A program made the position numbers and the translations under genes. This document shows positions 1 through 9,273 of a stretch of 64,000 bases of DNA, one piece after another. The stretch is taken from NCBI GenBank assembly GCA_038064415.1, contig JBBTTD010000005.1, positions 2,149 through 66,148 of the forward strand, in the 5' to 3' direction. Position 1 is the stretch's first letter, and each line of letters begins with the position of its first letter. The DNA is from Patescibacteria group bacterium (GTDB lineage Bacteria > Patescibacteriota > Minisyncoccia > Phycocordibacterales > PALSA-1337). Below the pieces are notes generated by a model. That model made no database searches. It saw only the letters and a program-made list of their open reading frames with translations, and had not been told where the DNA came from.

Positions 1-15
1 CTGTTTGAGCGACTA

Positions 16-100
16 GAAATTACTTAATAAAAGGCGAATGTCGTTGGAATCACCAAAACTTTGCTTTGAGTGATTCCTGAGCCTTTTATTTAGTAATTTC
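16..100. repeat. Long imperfect inverted repeat downstream of rplL (REP-like hairpin or terminator), possibly truncated by the window edge
   Basis: Nested arms gaaattact/agtaatttc, aataaaaggc/gccttttatt and ggaatcac/gtgattcc. Confidence 0.55.
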
Positions 101-163
101 AGAAGCGAGTTCCGCAGGCACATCAAAACACATGTACTTTTTGTTGCTTCTTAGTCCTTATCC

Positions 164-556
164 TCACTTCAACTCCACTTTACCTCCAGCGGCCTCAACT
201 TTCTTTTTGAATTCATCAGCTTCCTCCTTCTTCATACCATCCTTGAGAAGAGCTGGGGCGCTATCAACAAGATCTTTGGCTTCTTTAAGGCCAAGTGCCA
301 AAACTTCTTTGACTACTTTGATAACAGCAATCTTCTGTTCACCAACAGCAATTAAATGAACTGCGAATGTGCTCTTTTCATCACCAGCCGCAACGGTAGC
401 GGCAGGAGTGGCAACCGTAGTCGCTTGAGCAGAAACACCAAATCTCTTTTCTAACAACTTGACCAATTCATTAAGGTCAAGGACTGACATCTTTTCAATT
501 GATTCAACAATTGACTTAAACTTTGCAGGAATTTCTACGGATGTATTTGTTTCCAT
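164..556 (-). CDS. rplL: 50S ribosomal protein L7/L12
   Basis: KIAVIKVVKE, LGLKEAKDLVDSAP and C-terminal AGGKVELK motifs; follows rplJ. Confidence 0.98.
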   Translation of the reverse strand: METNTSVEIPAKFKSIVESIEKMSVLDLNELVKLLEKRFGVSAQATTVATPAATVAAGDEKSTFAVHLIAVGEQKIAVIKVVKEVLALGLKEAKDLVDSAPALLKDGMKKEEADEFKKKVEAAGGKVELK

Positions 557-626
557 ATTTTTATTTAATACTAAGTATCTTGGGTTTTTAATTTTGGATT
601 TGTCTAGGATTTAGGATCTCGTGCTT

Positions 627-1118
627 TTAGACTACCTTATTCTTTCCAACTTGATCAAGCGCGATAACTAACCCTTGAATAGGCGAATTTATAACATTGA
701 CGAACATGCCATAAAGAGTCTGAAGTGGTGGAATTGAAGCAATGGCAATCATCTCATCTTTGGTGGTAAATTTGTTTTCAAACACACCGCCAATGATAGC
801 GACCTGATCCTTGTGAGTCTTTTGGAATTCATAAACCCCGCGCGCCGGAGCGACGAGGTCGGCTCCATACGCGAAACCAAATTCGCCAACAAGCTCCACG
901 GCTGTTCCTTCATACTTTTTGTTCTTGAGCGCCAAAGAAGTCAAAGACTTCTTTGCGACAAAAAATCCCACGCCTTCTTTTTTCAAAGCGCGACGCATTT
1001 TGGTGGCCTCTTCCAATTTGAGACCATGAATATTCACGAAAACCAGGGATTTCGCGCCACCCATGATTGTCCCTAATTTCTCAATAATTTCTTTCTTTTG
1101 TGTTTTTGTGCGTGCCAT
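627..1118 (-). CDS. rplJ: 50S ribosomal protein L10
   Basis: N-terminal K-K-E-I, GL..EEATKMRR, VAKKSL, IASIPP; directly upstream of rplL. Confidence 0.95.
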   Translation of the reverse strand: MARTKTQKKEIIEKLGTIMGGAKSLVFVNIHGLKLEEATKMRRALKKEGVGFFVAKKSLTSLALKNKKYEGTAVELVGEFGFAYGADLVAPARGVYEFQKTHKDQVAIIGGVFENKFTTKDEMIAIASIPPLQTLYGMFVNVINSPIQGLVIALDQVGKNKVV

Positions 1119-1170
1119 TTTTTAAGTACCAAATCTAAAATTTGGAATTTTATTCATTTTTATCGACCAC

Positions 1171-1240
1171 GGCCTGAAGAGAGTATAACCTCGGAAGGTC
1201 TTCTGTCTGAATTAATCAGACCGCCTTCTGTCTTAAGCCT
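1171..1240 (-). promoter_or_regulatory. L10 ribosomal leader (autoregulatory RNA)
   Basis: Minus strand reads AAGACAGAAGG-(gtctga ttaat tcagac hairpin)-CCTTCCGAGG, matching the L10 leader pattern AAGACnGnAGG...CCUnCCGAGG, upstream of rplJ. Confidence 0.75.
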
Positions 1241-1312
1241 TGCGAACAAATTAGCATAATCGGACAAAAGACGCAACCTACTTGGCTAGTTGGCTAGGGT
1301 AGGCCTTGCCAC

Positions 1313-4036
1313 CTATTCATATTGAGCAATGAATATATCAATTAGTTCAATTATTTGATTCTTTTGGTCAATTGATAATGATCCAGACTTTTGAATAATA
1401 ATTCTTTTCTTTAATCTTTCAGTATTATCAATCACTCTCTTGTAATCTCCATTTTTTACCAGACCCTCCAAACGATCAATCCTTCTGACTATGTCCTTGG
1501 AAAGTTTTGTCGTTCCAATAAGTTGAATAACGGTATTCTTGAGCGATTCCAAAAAAGTTATCGGATCAAGCGTTGATTCAGGATTGGCTACAATGTCCAC
1601 CGAACCATCTCCGTCCACATCTATCGTGAGCGCGGAAGTAGACGAGGCGATTTTCACTGGAATTGCCGTGCCAGAAGAATTACTCGTCACTGTACTTGAA
1701 GCGATCATCAGTGGCGTCGTCGGCAATGAACTATATTCCGCGCTATCCAATACTTCTCCGCCTTTAATCCTCTCCACTTGATAGGTAAACTCTCCAACAC
1801 CCACGCCACGAATGTTCACATTATATTTTTGGCCAGAATCATCGGGTAAAGTGACATAAGTTTCGTATTGATTTTCATCATCATAAATTCTAAAATTACT
1901 TCCAGGAATTTTCGTCTCATACATTGTATAAAGTCCCTCTTCCACATCTAATTCGAGCGAGGTCGGGGTTATGCCAGTATGATTGCCGTACTGGTCATAA
2001 ACATGAAGATCTACGGGAGAGTGTGTGCTCAAAACAAGGAAAGTGTCTTCTTTACTATAATCTGGTTCGCCGATAGTCACATTTGGTATCTTGGAAATTT
2101 CATTTTCAATTGCTTTATAGTCACGGTTTGGCGAATCAACACCGATAATATTTTGAATGGCGCTCTTAGTTGCCTGTGATTCTAAAATATTAGAGTGATT
2201 AATATTCTCGCGTTCCAAGTTGGATTCCGCCTTCAAGTCTATGGCGGTGGTAGTGCCAGAATTGAAAGTCGCGCTCGGAACAACCACCGTCCCGTCGCCA
2301 AATGAAGTCAAGCTGGAATTATATGATTTATTTGAATATATAATACCTTTGGTCGTATCTTTCCCCCATCCAACTATCGCCCATCGAGCAATATTTGTCG
2401 GCCAGACAAATGGATCAAGTATTCCATGAATAATTTCTGCGGCAGTCATCAATATAGAATTTGCCCGCGAACTTATAAATGAATTCTGCGCGACCGATGA
2501 ATCAATCGGGCTTGTGGTGGGACTAGTAGCTCCGCCCGCATAAGTGATTGTCGGGCTAAAAATTTTGGTAAAATATTTGGCTGAAGGCAGAAGCGAATAG
2601 GCACTGGCCATATTCAGACCCAATTCTTTGGCCACACTTTGTTTCAAAATAGCTCCATAACCAATGGATTGACTATCACCGTGTAACAAAGCCAATATCG
2701 CTTGCGGTGTCCCTAAATATGGAACTGCCACGGAAATTACAGAGTCAATCAGATTTTCTTTACCTAAATCTTGCAAGGTTTTAACTAAATATTTTGCAAC
2801 CAAACCACCATTGCTGTGCGCGATCAAAGTAACTTTTTTTGTTTTAGATCGCGAAGCCAGATCTTCAACGGTCTCAATCAGAGAATCAGTGGTCGTCGCT
2901 CGATTCTCACGCCCCGCAACCACCTCAACTATTGACTTACGCCAGTCATAGCCAAAGGACTTCCATTCTGAAATCGTCCCGTTTTCAGAGATACCATCCA
3001 GATAAGTCATAAATGACCTATATATGTCCACAATTCCTAGCGCCTTGTCTATTGGTCCGCCAGTATATATAGACGAATCGGTGCTGGATCCATTTGAGTC
3101 TAAAAACAATTTCCTAACATCGTCGTTTCGGTTTGGCTCCCAAAGCTGATTGATTGAAGATCCCATACCAAGCAGACCAGATTCTGGTCTATACAGACGA
3201 CTAGCCTCAAGACCTGGAATAAATAATATGCTTGAGCAACAAGCAGAGATGTCAGTTGAAAAATCCGGCTCTTTGATTAGCCAAGGATCATAGGAAATTG
3301 GACCAGACAAAATACTGGCGGTTGAGGAACTAACGCTTGAATAAATCGGACCATCTGGACTTCCCCACCAATTATTTTCGGCATTTATTGTATTTGAGCT
3401 GACATTCGCAATCGCGTATCTACCGTTATTTTTTATAATTGAATTTTTTATAAATAATGATGTCGGCGGTTTTCCCAAAGCGTCTTTCAGAATAATGACG
3501 CCATCATTGGCGTTGTTTTTTATTTGACTATCAACAATATCAACATCACTACTCCAGATATACAACCCCGCGCCGGTTGAATTTGAAAATGTTGAAGTGG
3601 CTATCTTGGCGTGTGACCAATACAAAATTAGACCCGGTCCATTAGTCGTCATGTCAGTATAAGCGACATCGGCGCTGCCATTATAAATATGAATCTTATC
3701 TATACCCCCTACTTTCACATGTTCATTAGTAGTACCGTTAATTTTAATAGTGCCATCAGTAACATAAACCGCGGTTGACATATTCAATCGTTCCGGAGCC
3801 AAACTAATCGTCACGCCCGACTCAATCGTTAGGGTATGTGGCCCATTTATAAATACATCTCCACTCAATATGTACGGACTGGCGCTCTTTGTCCAAGTTA
3901 CATCAGTATCAAATGTCCCGCTGATAATAGTCCCAGCTGGGACAGGTGTCTTCGCTTGAGCGATATTAATCATGCTTGTAAATGTCAAAAACCCAACTAC
4001 AAGACCAGAAAAAATAATATAAAATATGTTTTTCAT
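1313..4036 (-). CDS. Secreted 907-aa protein: beta-helix (pectin-lyase-like) N-domain plus LCAT/phospholipase A-like alpha/beta hydrolase
   Basis: Signal peptide; NAENNWWG beta-helix end; FIPGL, YDWR, AHSNGG nucleophile elbow, PYLGTP, GDGTV and a late His (HSNIL). Confidence 0.8.
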   Translation of the reverse strand: MKNIFYIIFSGLVVGFLTFTSMINIAQAKTPVPAGTIISGTFDTDVTWTKSASPYILSGDVFINGPHTLTIESGVTISLAPERLNMSTAVYVTDGTIKINGTTNEHVKVGGIDKIHIYNGSADVAYTDMTTNGPGLILYWSHAKIATSTFSNSTGAGLYIWSSDVDIVDSQIKNNANDGVIILKDALGKPPTSLFIKNSIIKNNGRYAIANVSSNTINAENNWWGSPDGPIYSSVSSSTASILSGPISYDPWLIKEPDFSTDISACCSSILFIPGLEASRLYRPESGLLGMGSSINQLWEPNRNDDVRKLFLDSNGSSTDSSIYTGGPIDKALGIVDIYRSFMTYLDGISENGTISEWKSFGYDWRKSIVEVVAGRENRATTTDSLIETVEDLASRSKTKKVTLIAHSNGGLVAKYLVKTLQDLGKENLIDSVISVAVPYLGTPQAILALLHGDSQSIGYGAILKQSVAKELGLNMASAYSLLPSAKYFTKIFSPTITYAGGATSPTTSPIDSSVAQNSFISSRANSILMTAAEIIHGILDPFVWPTNIARWAIVGWGKDTTKGIIYSNKSYNSSLTSFGDGTVVVPSATFNSGTTTAIDLKAESNLERENINHSNILESQATKSAIQNIIGVDSPNRDYKAIENEISKIPNVTIGEPDYSKEDTFLVLSTHSPVDLHVYDQYGNHTGITPTSLELDVEEGLYTMYETKIPGSNFRIYDDENQYETYVTLPDDSGQKYNVNIRGVGVGEFTYQVERIKGGEVLDSAEYSSLPTTPLMIASSTVTSNSSGTAIPVKIASSTSALTIDVDGDGSVDIVANPESTLDPITFLESLKNTVIQLIGTTKLSKDIVRRIDRLEGLVKNGDYKRVIDNTERLKKRIIIQKSGSLSIDQKNQIIELIDIFIAQYE

Positions 4037-4070
4037 TGCATTAATCAGTTACGAATCTAATAATGCAATT

Positions 4071-4128
4071 AGCGTATCAGAGTGAAATCAAGAAATAATA
4101 AAGATTTGATCAAGATTTGATCAAGATT
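4071..4128 (-). promoter_or_regulatory. Promoter with four 11-bp direct repeats and extended -10 (copy 1)
   Basis: TCTTGATCAAA-TCTTGATCAAA-TCTTTATTATT-TCTTGATTTC-actc-TGA-TACGCT; near-identical copies at 4676-4733 and 16999-17056. Confidence 0.7.
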
Positions 4129-4170
4129 CTAAAATGTGTCAGAACTTGAGGTAGAGACCAGGTCTCCACC

Positions 4171-4284
4171 TTATACATTAAACCCAAACTTCCCAACTAA
4201 ATAAAGGAGAGTAAAACTACAAAGGAGAATGACCACAAACCCGATAAAGAACTTGAAAAAGCTTTTATCAAATGGGTTTATCAT
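4171..4284 (-). CDS. 37-aa single-pass membrane peptide (MINPFDKSFFKFFIGFVVILLCSFTLLYLVGKFGFNV), missing from the ORF track
   Basis: Clean ATG..TAA frame with one hydrophobic helix; TGT-TATAAT 6 nt before the ATG (leaderless). Confidence 0.65.
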   Translation of the reverse strand: MINPFDKSFFKFFIGFVVILLCSFTLLYLVGKFGFNV

Positions 4285-4343
4285 GGGGATATTATAACAC
4301 AATTTTTCCTTGACTTTAAGAATTATTTTGGTATTATATAACT

Positions 4344-4437
4344 ACAACGAAGGTCTGTGACAAATCCACCTTATGGGGAGAGACTAGAAATAGTCTATCA
4401 GTAACCTTGACCACCCACCTTATGGTGGGTGGTTTTG
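4344..4437 (+). ncRNA. Candidate ~95-nt structured small RNA, convergent with a DUF3800-like gene
   Basis: TTGACT (4310) and TG-n-TATTAT (4332) promoter; hairpin agacta-GAAA-tagtct; closing stem aaggtctg/cagtaacctt; terminator accacccacc-ttat-ggtgggtggt-ttt. Confidence 0.55.
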
Positions 4438-4438
4438 T

Positions 4439-4669
4439 CTACGAATGAATATTTATGTTTTTCTTTATTATTAGATCAAATAATTTCGATATCAATTCTT
4501 GAGGATTGTCATTATATATTCTCACTACAGATTTCTCTATATTGATGATTTCATTTTGCACAATATTTTTATTGTGTATTTGTACATAAACAAGCGCAAA
4601 ACTGGAATGGGCGGAGGTTTTGTGTACACCCGATTCGTCTATATAGACAAAATGTTTTATTTTTTCCAT
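4439..4669 (-). pseudogene. Short DUF3800-like (RNase H fold) protein, probably internally deleted
   Basis: N-terminal FVYIDESG is typical of DUF3800; only 76 aa. Confidence 0.55.
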
Positions 4670-4675
4670 CTCTTT

Positions 4676-4733
4676 ACCCTATCACCTCGAAATCAAGAAA
4701 TGATAAAGAAACGATCAAGATTTGATCAAGATT
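4676..4733 (-). promoter_or_regulatory. Promoter with four 11-bp direct repeats and extended -10 (copy 2)
   Basis: Same repeats, then gagg-TGA-TAGGGT, 6 nt before the ATG at 4669. Confidence 0.7.
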
Positions 4734-4793
4734 AAAAAATGTGGCGTATTCCCCCATGTCCTTAGCGAGGTCTCACATCGCTAATCAACCCAA

Positions 4794-4832
4794 AACAAAA
4801 ACCGCTCACTTCTTAGTGAAACGGTTTTTGTT
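4794..4832 (-). terminator. Intrinsic terminator after the peptidoglycan-binding protein gene
   Basis: aacaaaaaccg...cggtttttgtt inverted repeat with A/T tails. Confidence 0.65.
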
Positions 4833-4853
4833 TTTAAATATCTTAATAATTTC

Positions 4854-5921
4854 TTAACTTCCCAACTCATTTAGTTTAGCCCGTGTCTTTGGACCAACCT
4901 GTCCATATCCTTCATCTCCAGGATTAGCGATACCATGCTTGACTTGGAATTTCTGGACTGCCTTTTCGGTAAGGGAACCGAAATATGTTCCTTCATTACC
5001 TGACGACCCAACTCCTTCTGTTGTGACTTGTGTTTCAGGATCTTTATTCAGGATTTTCTGAAGATTCAGAACATTTTCATTAACGCTACCTTTTGACAAG
5101 CGTACAGTAATAACTATGGCCGTTGCCGAAGGGGCACCCGAAACAGGAGCCACGCTTAATGCAGGGACCACTGCAGGTACAACACTACCAATGGCCGAAA
5201 CTTCAGCAATCTTTGCTCGTGTTGCTGGACCGACTCTGCCTACTTGTGATATGCCATATTTTGCTTGAAATCTCTTGACTGCGCGCTCTGTGGCTGGACC
5301 AAAGAACCCATTTGCAATACCCTCGGGATATATTTCACTGAACCGCGCAAGGAACTTCTGAAGTGTCTCTACATCAGCTCCTTCGGTACCACGAGATAGA
5401 TCTTGGGTGAAAATAACAGAAACATTACTTGAGAGTGTGCATATCACTCCTGCTGGACAACCTGAAACACTTGCAGGGATAACTGGGGGGGTAGCTACAT
5501 TGGGTGTACCTCCTCCTCCAGATGATCTACTTCCACTAGTTTGTGCTGATGACACAGTACATATTGTAGTGGAAGGAGTAACATTCACTGTTCTAGTTGA
5601 ACCTGACTTAATTGAAATAGTCAGTGTGTTATTGTCTGATGAACATTCTTGAGAATAATCATTACCTCCTATACCAGTTACTGTCATGATATTTTTTTCA
5701 GCGGATTGTACGACAAGCACTGAATCAACAGGCATTGTAACAACAAAATCACCAGAATTAACCACAAGTGTCTCTACGACAGATGTTGAACCACTCACCG
5801 TTAAGTTGTATGAGCCTACACTTATTGTGGCCCCCGATGTCAAACCCACATCATTGTACGCGGCACCAACAATCACTGGCATTATTATAATAGCTAAAGC
5901 TACATATATATATTTATACAT
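4854..5921 (-). CDS. Secreted protein with two peptidoglycan-binding (PG_binding_1-like) domains
   Basis: Signal peptide; two copies of L..G..G.DV..LQK.L...G.FG..TE.AV..FQ......G.VGP.TRA. Confidence 0.85.
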   Translation of the reverse strand: MYKYIYVALAIIIMPVIVGAAYNDVGLTSGATISVGSYNLTVSGSTSVVETLVVNSGDFVVTMPVDSVLVVQSAEKNIMTVTGIGGNDYSQECSSDNNTLTISIKSGSTRTVNVTPSTTICTVSSAQTSGSRSSGGGGTPNVATPPVIPASVSGCPAGVICTLSSNVSVIFTQDLSRGTEGADVETLQKFLARFSEIYPEGIANGFFGPATERAVKRFQAKYGISQVGRVGPATRAKIAEVSAIGSVVPAVVPALSVAPVSGAPSATAIVITVRLSKGSVNENVLNLQKILNKDPETQVTTEGVGSSGNEGTYFGSLTEKAVQKFQVKHGIANPGDEGYGQVGPKTRAKLNELGS

Positions 5922-5933
5922 AGTAGTAATAGT

Positions 5934-6461
5934 TTATCGAATGCCAAAGAAGTTGAGACTTATTGCGCCCGGAGCTCGAGTGGCAGCAGAGGCATCAGCG
6001 TTGTAGATTCTAAGATTAATGGTTGCATCAGCAGTAGTTGATGCGGCCTCTACATGAAGTCCTGCAGGCATAGAGCTTGTCGCTTGTACAAAGACACGGT
6101 ATGCGTTTGTCAAACCTGTTGCTCCAGTACAGTTGAAATATGCTGATGTGGATGCTGTGATTGCAGCTGAATTAGCAATATTACAATAACCAAAGACCAT
6201 ACTATTGACAGCAGTACCAGATGAACCTACTGTAAGCGTTCCACTCGTCGTAACCGCCGCTAAAGAACTCGCACCACCGACTGTTAGAGTTCCAGCTGTC
6301 GCTTCAATATTTCCAGCTGTTGTTGTAATATTTCCGGCCGTTGAAATAGCTGTACTGATAGTCGTTACAGCAGACGCAACTGACACTACAAAAAACACTG
6401 CTACAATAATTGACAACGAGAAAGTAAGTTTATTTTGCTTTAGACTTGAAAAAGTTTTCAT
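5934..6461 (-). CDS. Secreted Thr/Ala/Ser-rich surface protein
   Basis: Signal peptide ending ASA; low-complexity beta-rich body with a Cys pair. Confidence 0.75.
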   Translation of the reverse strand: MKTFSSLKQNKLTFSLSIIVAVFFVVSVASAVTTISTAISTAGNITTTAGNIEATAGTLTVGGASSLAAVTTSGTLTVGSSGTAVNSMVFGYCNIANSAAITASTSAYFNCTGATGLTNAYRVFVQATSSMPAGLHVEAASTTADATINLRIYNADASAATRAPGAISLNFFGIR

Positions 6462-6629
6462 TTTTTATAAATAAGATAGTTAACTATTAATAATAGCTGA
6501 CAAGCTACTTTTAGTTCCTATATTATACACCTAAACAAACATATTACTCTATGTCAATAAACTGTGGACAACTACAAACTGATTAATTTCAGTACTGCAC
6601 AAAGGTAGACCTGTACCAATTATTTCAAC

Positions 6630-6669
6630 ACAAAAACCGCCCTGAGGTTTTCTCGAGGGGCGGTTTTTG
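6630..6669 (-). terminator. Intrinsic terminator after the S-layer-like gene
   Basis: caaaaaccgccc...gggcggtttttg. Confidence 0.7.
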
Positions 6670-6733
6670 TTGCGTTCATTTTACGCTAGATAAGTTGAGT
6701 TTTTAACAGAACCTATGAGATTTAATTCCTTTA

Positions 6734-8644
6734 TTAAGGGAATGTAACTCCTGATGTTCTCCAGTCTAGTTCTCCAGCCATGAATGTTACAGCATATGGA
6801 GCATTTTGCTGAATACTCTCAAGTTCAACAGCATATGAACCAGGAGTAAATGCGGCTGTAGCACTGCGACCCATAATACCGAAAGAAACAGGTATATCAA
6901 CTGTTGAACCTTCAGGTAATGTAAATGTGTTGTTAGTTACAGTATAGCCAGAAGGAGCAGAGTAATCAGTCGTAGTCGCATATGAACTCAATGTCAAATC
7001 AGCTACGGCATTTCTGTACACCTTAAATCCTAGTGTAGAAGAAGAAAACATTGTAGCTACGCCTGCTGGTGAACTTGAGGCTAGAGTACCGAGTTGGATA
7101 CTACCACCAACTGCTTTTACTCTGACTGTAAAGTTAGCAGTCAAGGTTGATGTACTAACATTTGTACTCACACCATTTAATTGTGGCGCACCAGCTGTGG
7201 AAATACTCTTAGAAACAAGAGAAACTTCCAATCCACGATTTCTCATACCAATAGAATTACCAGTAGCTGTACCACTTACAGTTACACTATCTCCAATAGA
7301 ATTAACCGCGGTAATATCTGTAGTAGCGGCAATAGCAGCCACTACATTTGCGATAGTACCATTAGCACTAGTAATATCAGCTTTTACAGTAAGAGTCTTG
7401 GTAGTTCCAGCTGGAATTGTGATAATTCCATTACTGTCTGTAATAGTGGCCTTACTAGTAGCGGCTACAGAAGCATTACCTATCTCCGTTGAACCATCAA
7501 AGAGGTAAGCAGTAGTAGAGGTTGCTCCACCTGTTCCTGAACCAGTGAGGGTTACGATAATGGTAGTAAGTGTTACATTATCTTTGTCAGCTTTAACATC
7601 AAATGTCAACACTGGTAATTTGCTTTGCTCATTATCACTAGATCCATCAGCAGCAATAATATCATGCTTTAATGGAGTTGATGAATTTAAAGAAACAGTC
7701 AGTGTGGCTGAATCTGTAAGAGTAGCATCAACATTCTGGGCTCGAGTGATATCCGTGGCGGCAGCAGGAGTATATTGGGCAATACCAGCTCCGTCTACAC
7801 CACGAATTCCATTAGCGGCAAATCTAATCGTGTATGTCTCAGTATCAATGTCAGTACTATCAATTGATGGTCTGACGTCAACTCTAATAGTAAGAACCTT
7901 TGTTGCACCCTTTGCAATTACATAATTCATTCCGCCAATTGTAACGTAGTAGTTACTTGCACTAAGTACAGCCGTGGAAGAATTCAAATCAGAAGAAGCT
8001 AAAACGGCTCCTGTATCATCTGTTACATAAATCTTTGAGTAGATCTTGTTCCAAATAGTAGTAGCTGTTCCCAAATCCAATTTGACTCTTTCTATCCTTA
8101 TATCAGATAGACTTGCTGTAACTTTTGCGGCAAGAACTGGAACATTTGTTTGTCCTTCATAAATAGCAGAGGACAGGCCTGCATTTGTCTGTACCGCTGA
8201 AATTGATCCTTCAACACCAATAGTTGTTATTCCGCCACCTGTTACTGATGTACCTCCACCAATTGGTGTACATGTGTATCCAACTGGACAGTTAACTGCA
8301 ACTGGAATGTTTGGAGTACATACTAATCCTGCTGGGCAGGCAACTGACACACCACCATTCAAAGCAGCTCTCGTTAGAGGACCTACGAAGCCAGTGTTAG
8401 GAATACCATGAGCGGCTTGGTAGAGCTTAACTGCAGCTAGAGTTTGTGAACCGAAATAACCCTTAGCAACACCGCTAACGGTGATAGCTGGAATATTGAA
8501 ACCAGCCGAGATAAGAGCCGTCTGAAGAGCGACGACATTGTCACCTGTTGAACCTACTGAAAGGTTGAAAGTGAAAGTCTGCGCGCCTACGATCGAAGTG
8601 AAAGCCAAAACGGCAACACCCGAAGCGATAAGAAACTTTTTCAT
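6734..8644 (-). CDS. S-layer-like major surface protein with an N-terminal peptidoglycan-binding domain
   Basis: Signal peptide; LSVGSTG..V.ALQ..L, GYFG..T.AAV, TGFVGPLTRAALN; CPxGxxC repeats; Thr-rich Ig-like body. Confidence 0.75.
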   Translation of the reverse strand: MKKFLIASGVAVLAFTSIVGAQTFTFNLSVGSTGDNVVALQTALISAGFNIPAITVSGVAKGYFGSQTLAAVKLYQAAHGIPNTGFVGPLTRAALNGGVSVACPAGLVCTPNIPVAVNCPVGYTCTPIGGGTSVTGGGITTIGVEGSISAVQTNAGLSSAIYEGQTNVPVLAAKVTASLSDIRIERVKLDLGTATTIWNKIYSKIYVTDDTGAVLASSDLNSSTAVLSASNYYVTIGGMNYVIAKGATKVLTIRVDVRPSIDSTDIDTETYTIRFAANGIRGVDGAGIAQYTPAAATDITRAQNVDATLTDSATLTVSLNSSTPLKHDIIAADGSSDNEQSKLPVLTFDVKADKDNVTLTTIIVTLTGSGTGGATSTTAYLFDGSTEIGNASVAATSKATITDSNGIITIPAGTTKTLTVKADITSANGTIANVVAAIAATTDITAVNSIGDSVTVSGTATGNSIGMRNRGLEVSLVSKSISTAGAPQLNGVSTNVSTSTLTANFTVRVKAVGGSIQLGTLASSSPAGVATMFSSSTLGFKVYRNAVADLTLSSYATTTDYSAPSGYTVTNNTFTLPEGSTVDIPVSFGIMGRSATAAFTPGSYAVELESIQQNAPYAVTFMAGELDWRTSGVTFP

Positions 8645-9029
8645 TTTGATTTTTATAATTTAACGCACCTTCCCCTATTTAATAATAAAGACGAGGGAAA
8701 TTAATGCGGTTTGTAAACTAATAATACTTTCCACATTTTCCGCATACGCTATCGACACGCAAACGAAAAATTTTGTGGCAATTTAGATATTAAATAATTG
8801 AACAAGAGAACGATTTAACAATCCAACGGTTAAATTAATAAAATTGAACTACTAAACAATTCAACTGATCAATCATCTAACATGATTGAACTTTTGACTA
8901 TCTATTATGTTGTCAAAGTTCGTTACTTGTCCGTTGTCGATTCTTTAAAATCGGTACGCGACTCCCACAACACTATCGAAATGTTCTGGGTACGAATGCA
9001 TAAATAAATTTACACACTCGTTACAAAAC

Positions 9030-9075
9030 ATTATACCCTACCAGTAGATAGCATTGCAAAACACTATGTGGATAA
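9030..9075 (-). promoter_or_regulatory. Sigma70 promoter with an upstream DnaA box, giving a ~380-nt leader for the S-layer-like gene
   Basis: TTATCCACA (9067-9075), then TTGCAA-N18-TATAAT. Confidence 0.6.
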
Positions 9076-9194
9076 CGGATCAAACCGTAAAAACTTACGA
9101 AAAATGGCTACATTTATTAACTTATAAGTAATATGGGTATGTTAGCTGTAATACGGCTCAAAGTCAAGGAAACCTTTCATTTTCGTGATTAACT

Positions 9195-9222
9195 TGTCAT
9201 TCCCGCGAAAACGGGAATGACA
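9195..9222. repeat. GTCATTCCCGCGAAAGCGGGAAT-type palindromic repeat (dRS3/RPE-like)
   Basis: tgtcattcccg-cgaaaa-cgggaatgaca; related copies at 20601-20625 and 58169-58219. Confidence 0.7.
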
Positions 9223-9273
9223 CAACGATACCAAAGAAATGACTAACCCCGTGAAGCCCAGAAACAATTGGTC

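Noticed and set aside
4084-4733. Repeats at 4084, 4689 and 17012 as a CRISPR array or iterons
   Set aside because: The copies are dispersed, there are no regular spacers or cas/rep genes, and each is phased with a -10 box.
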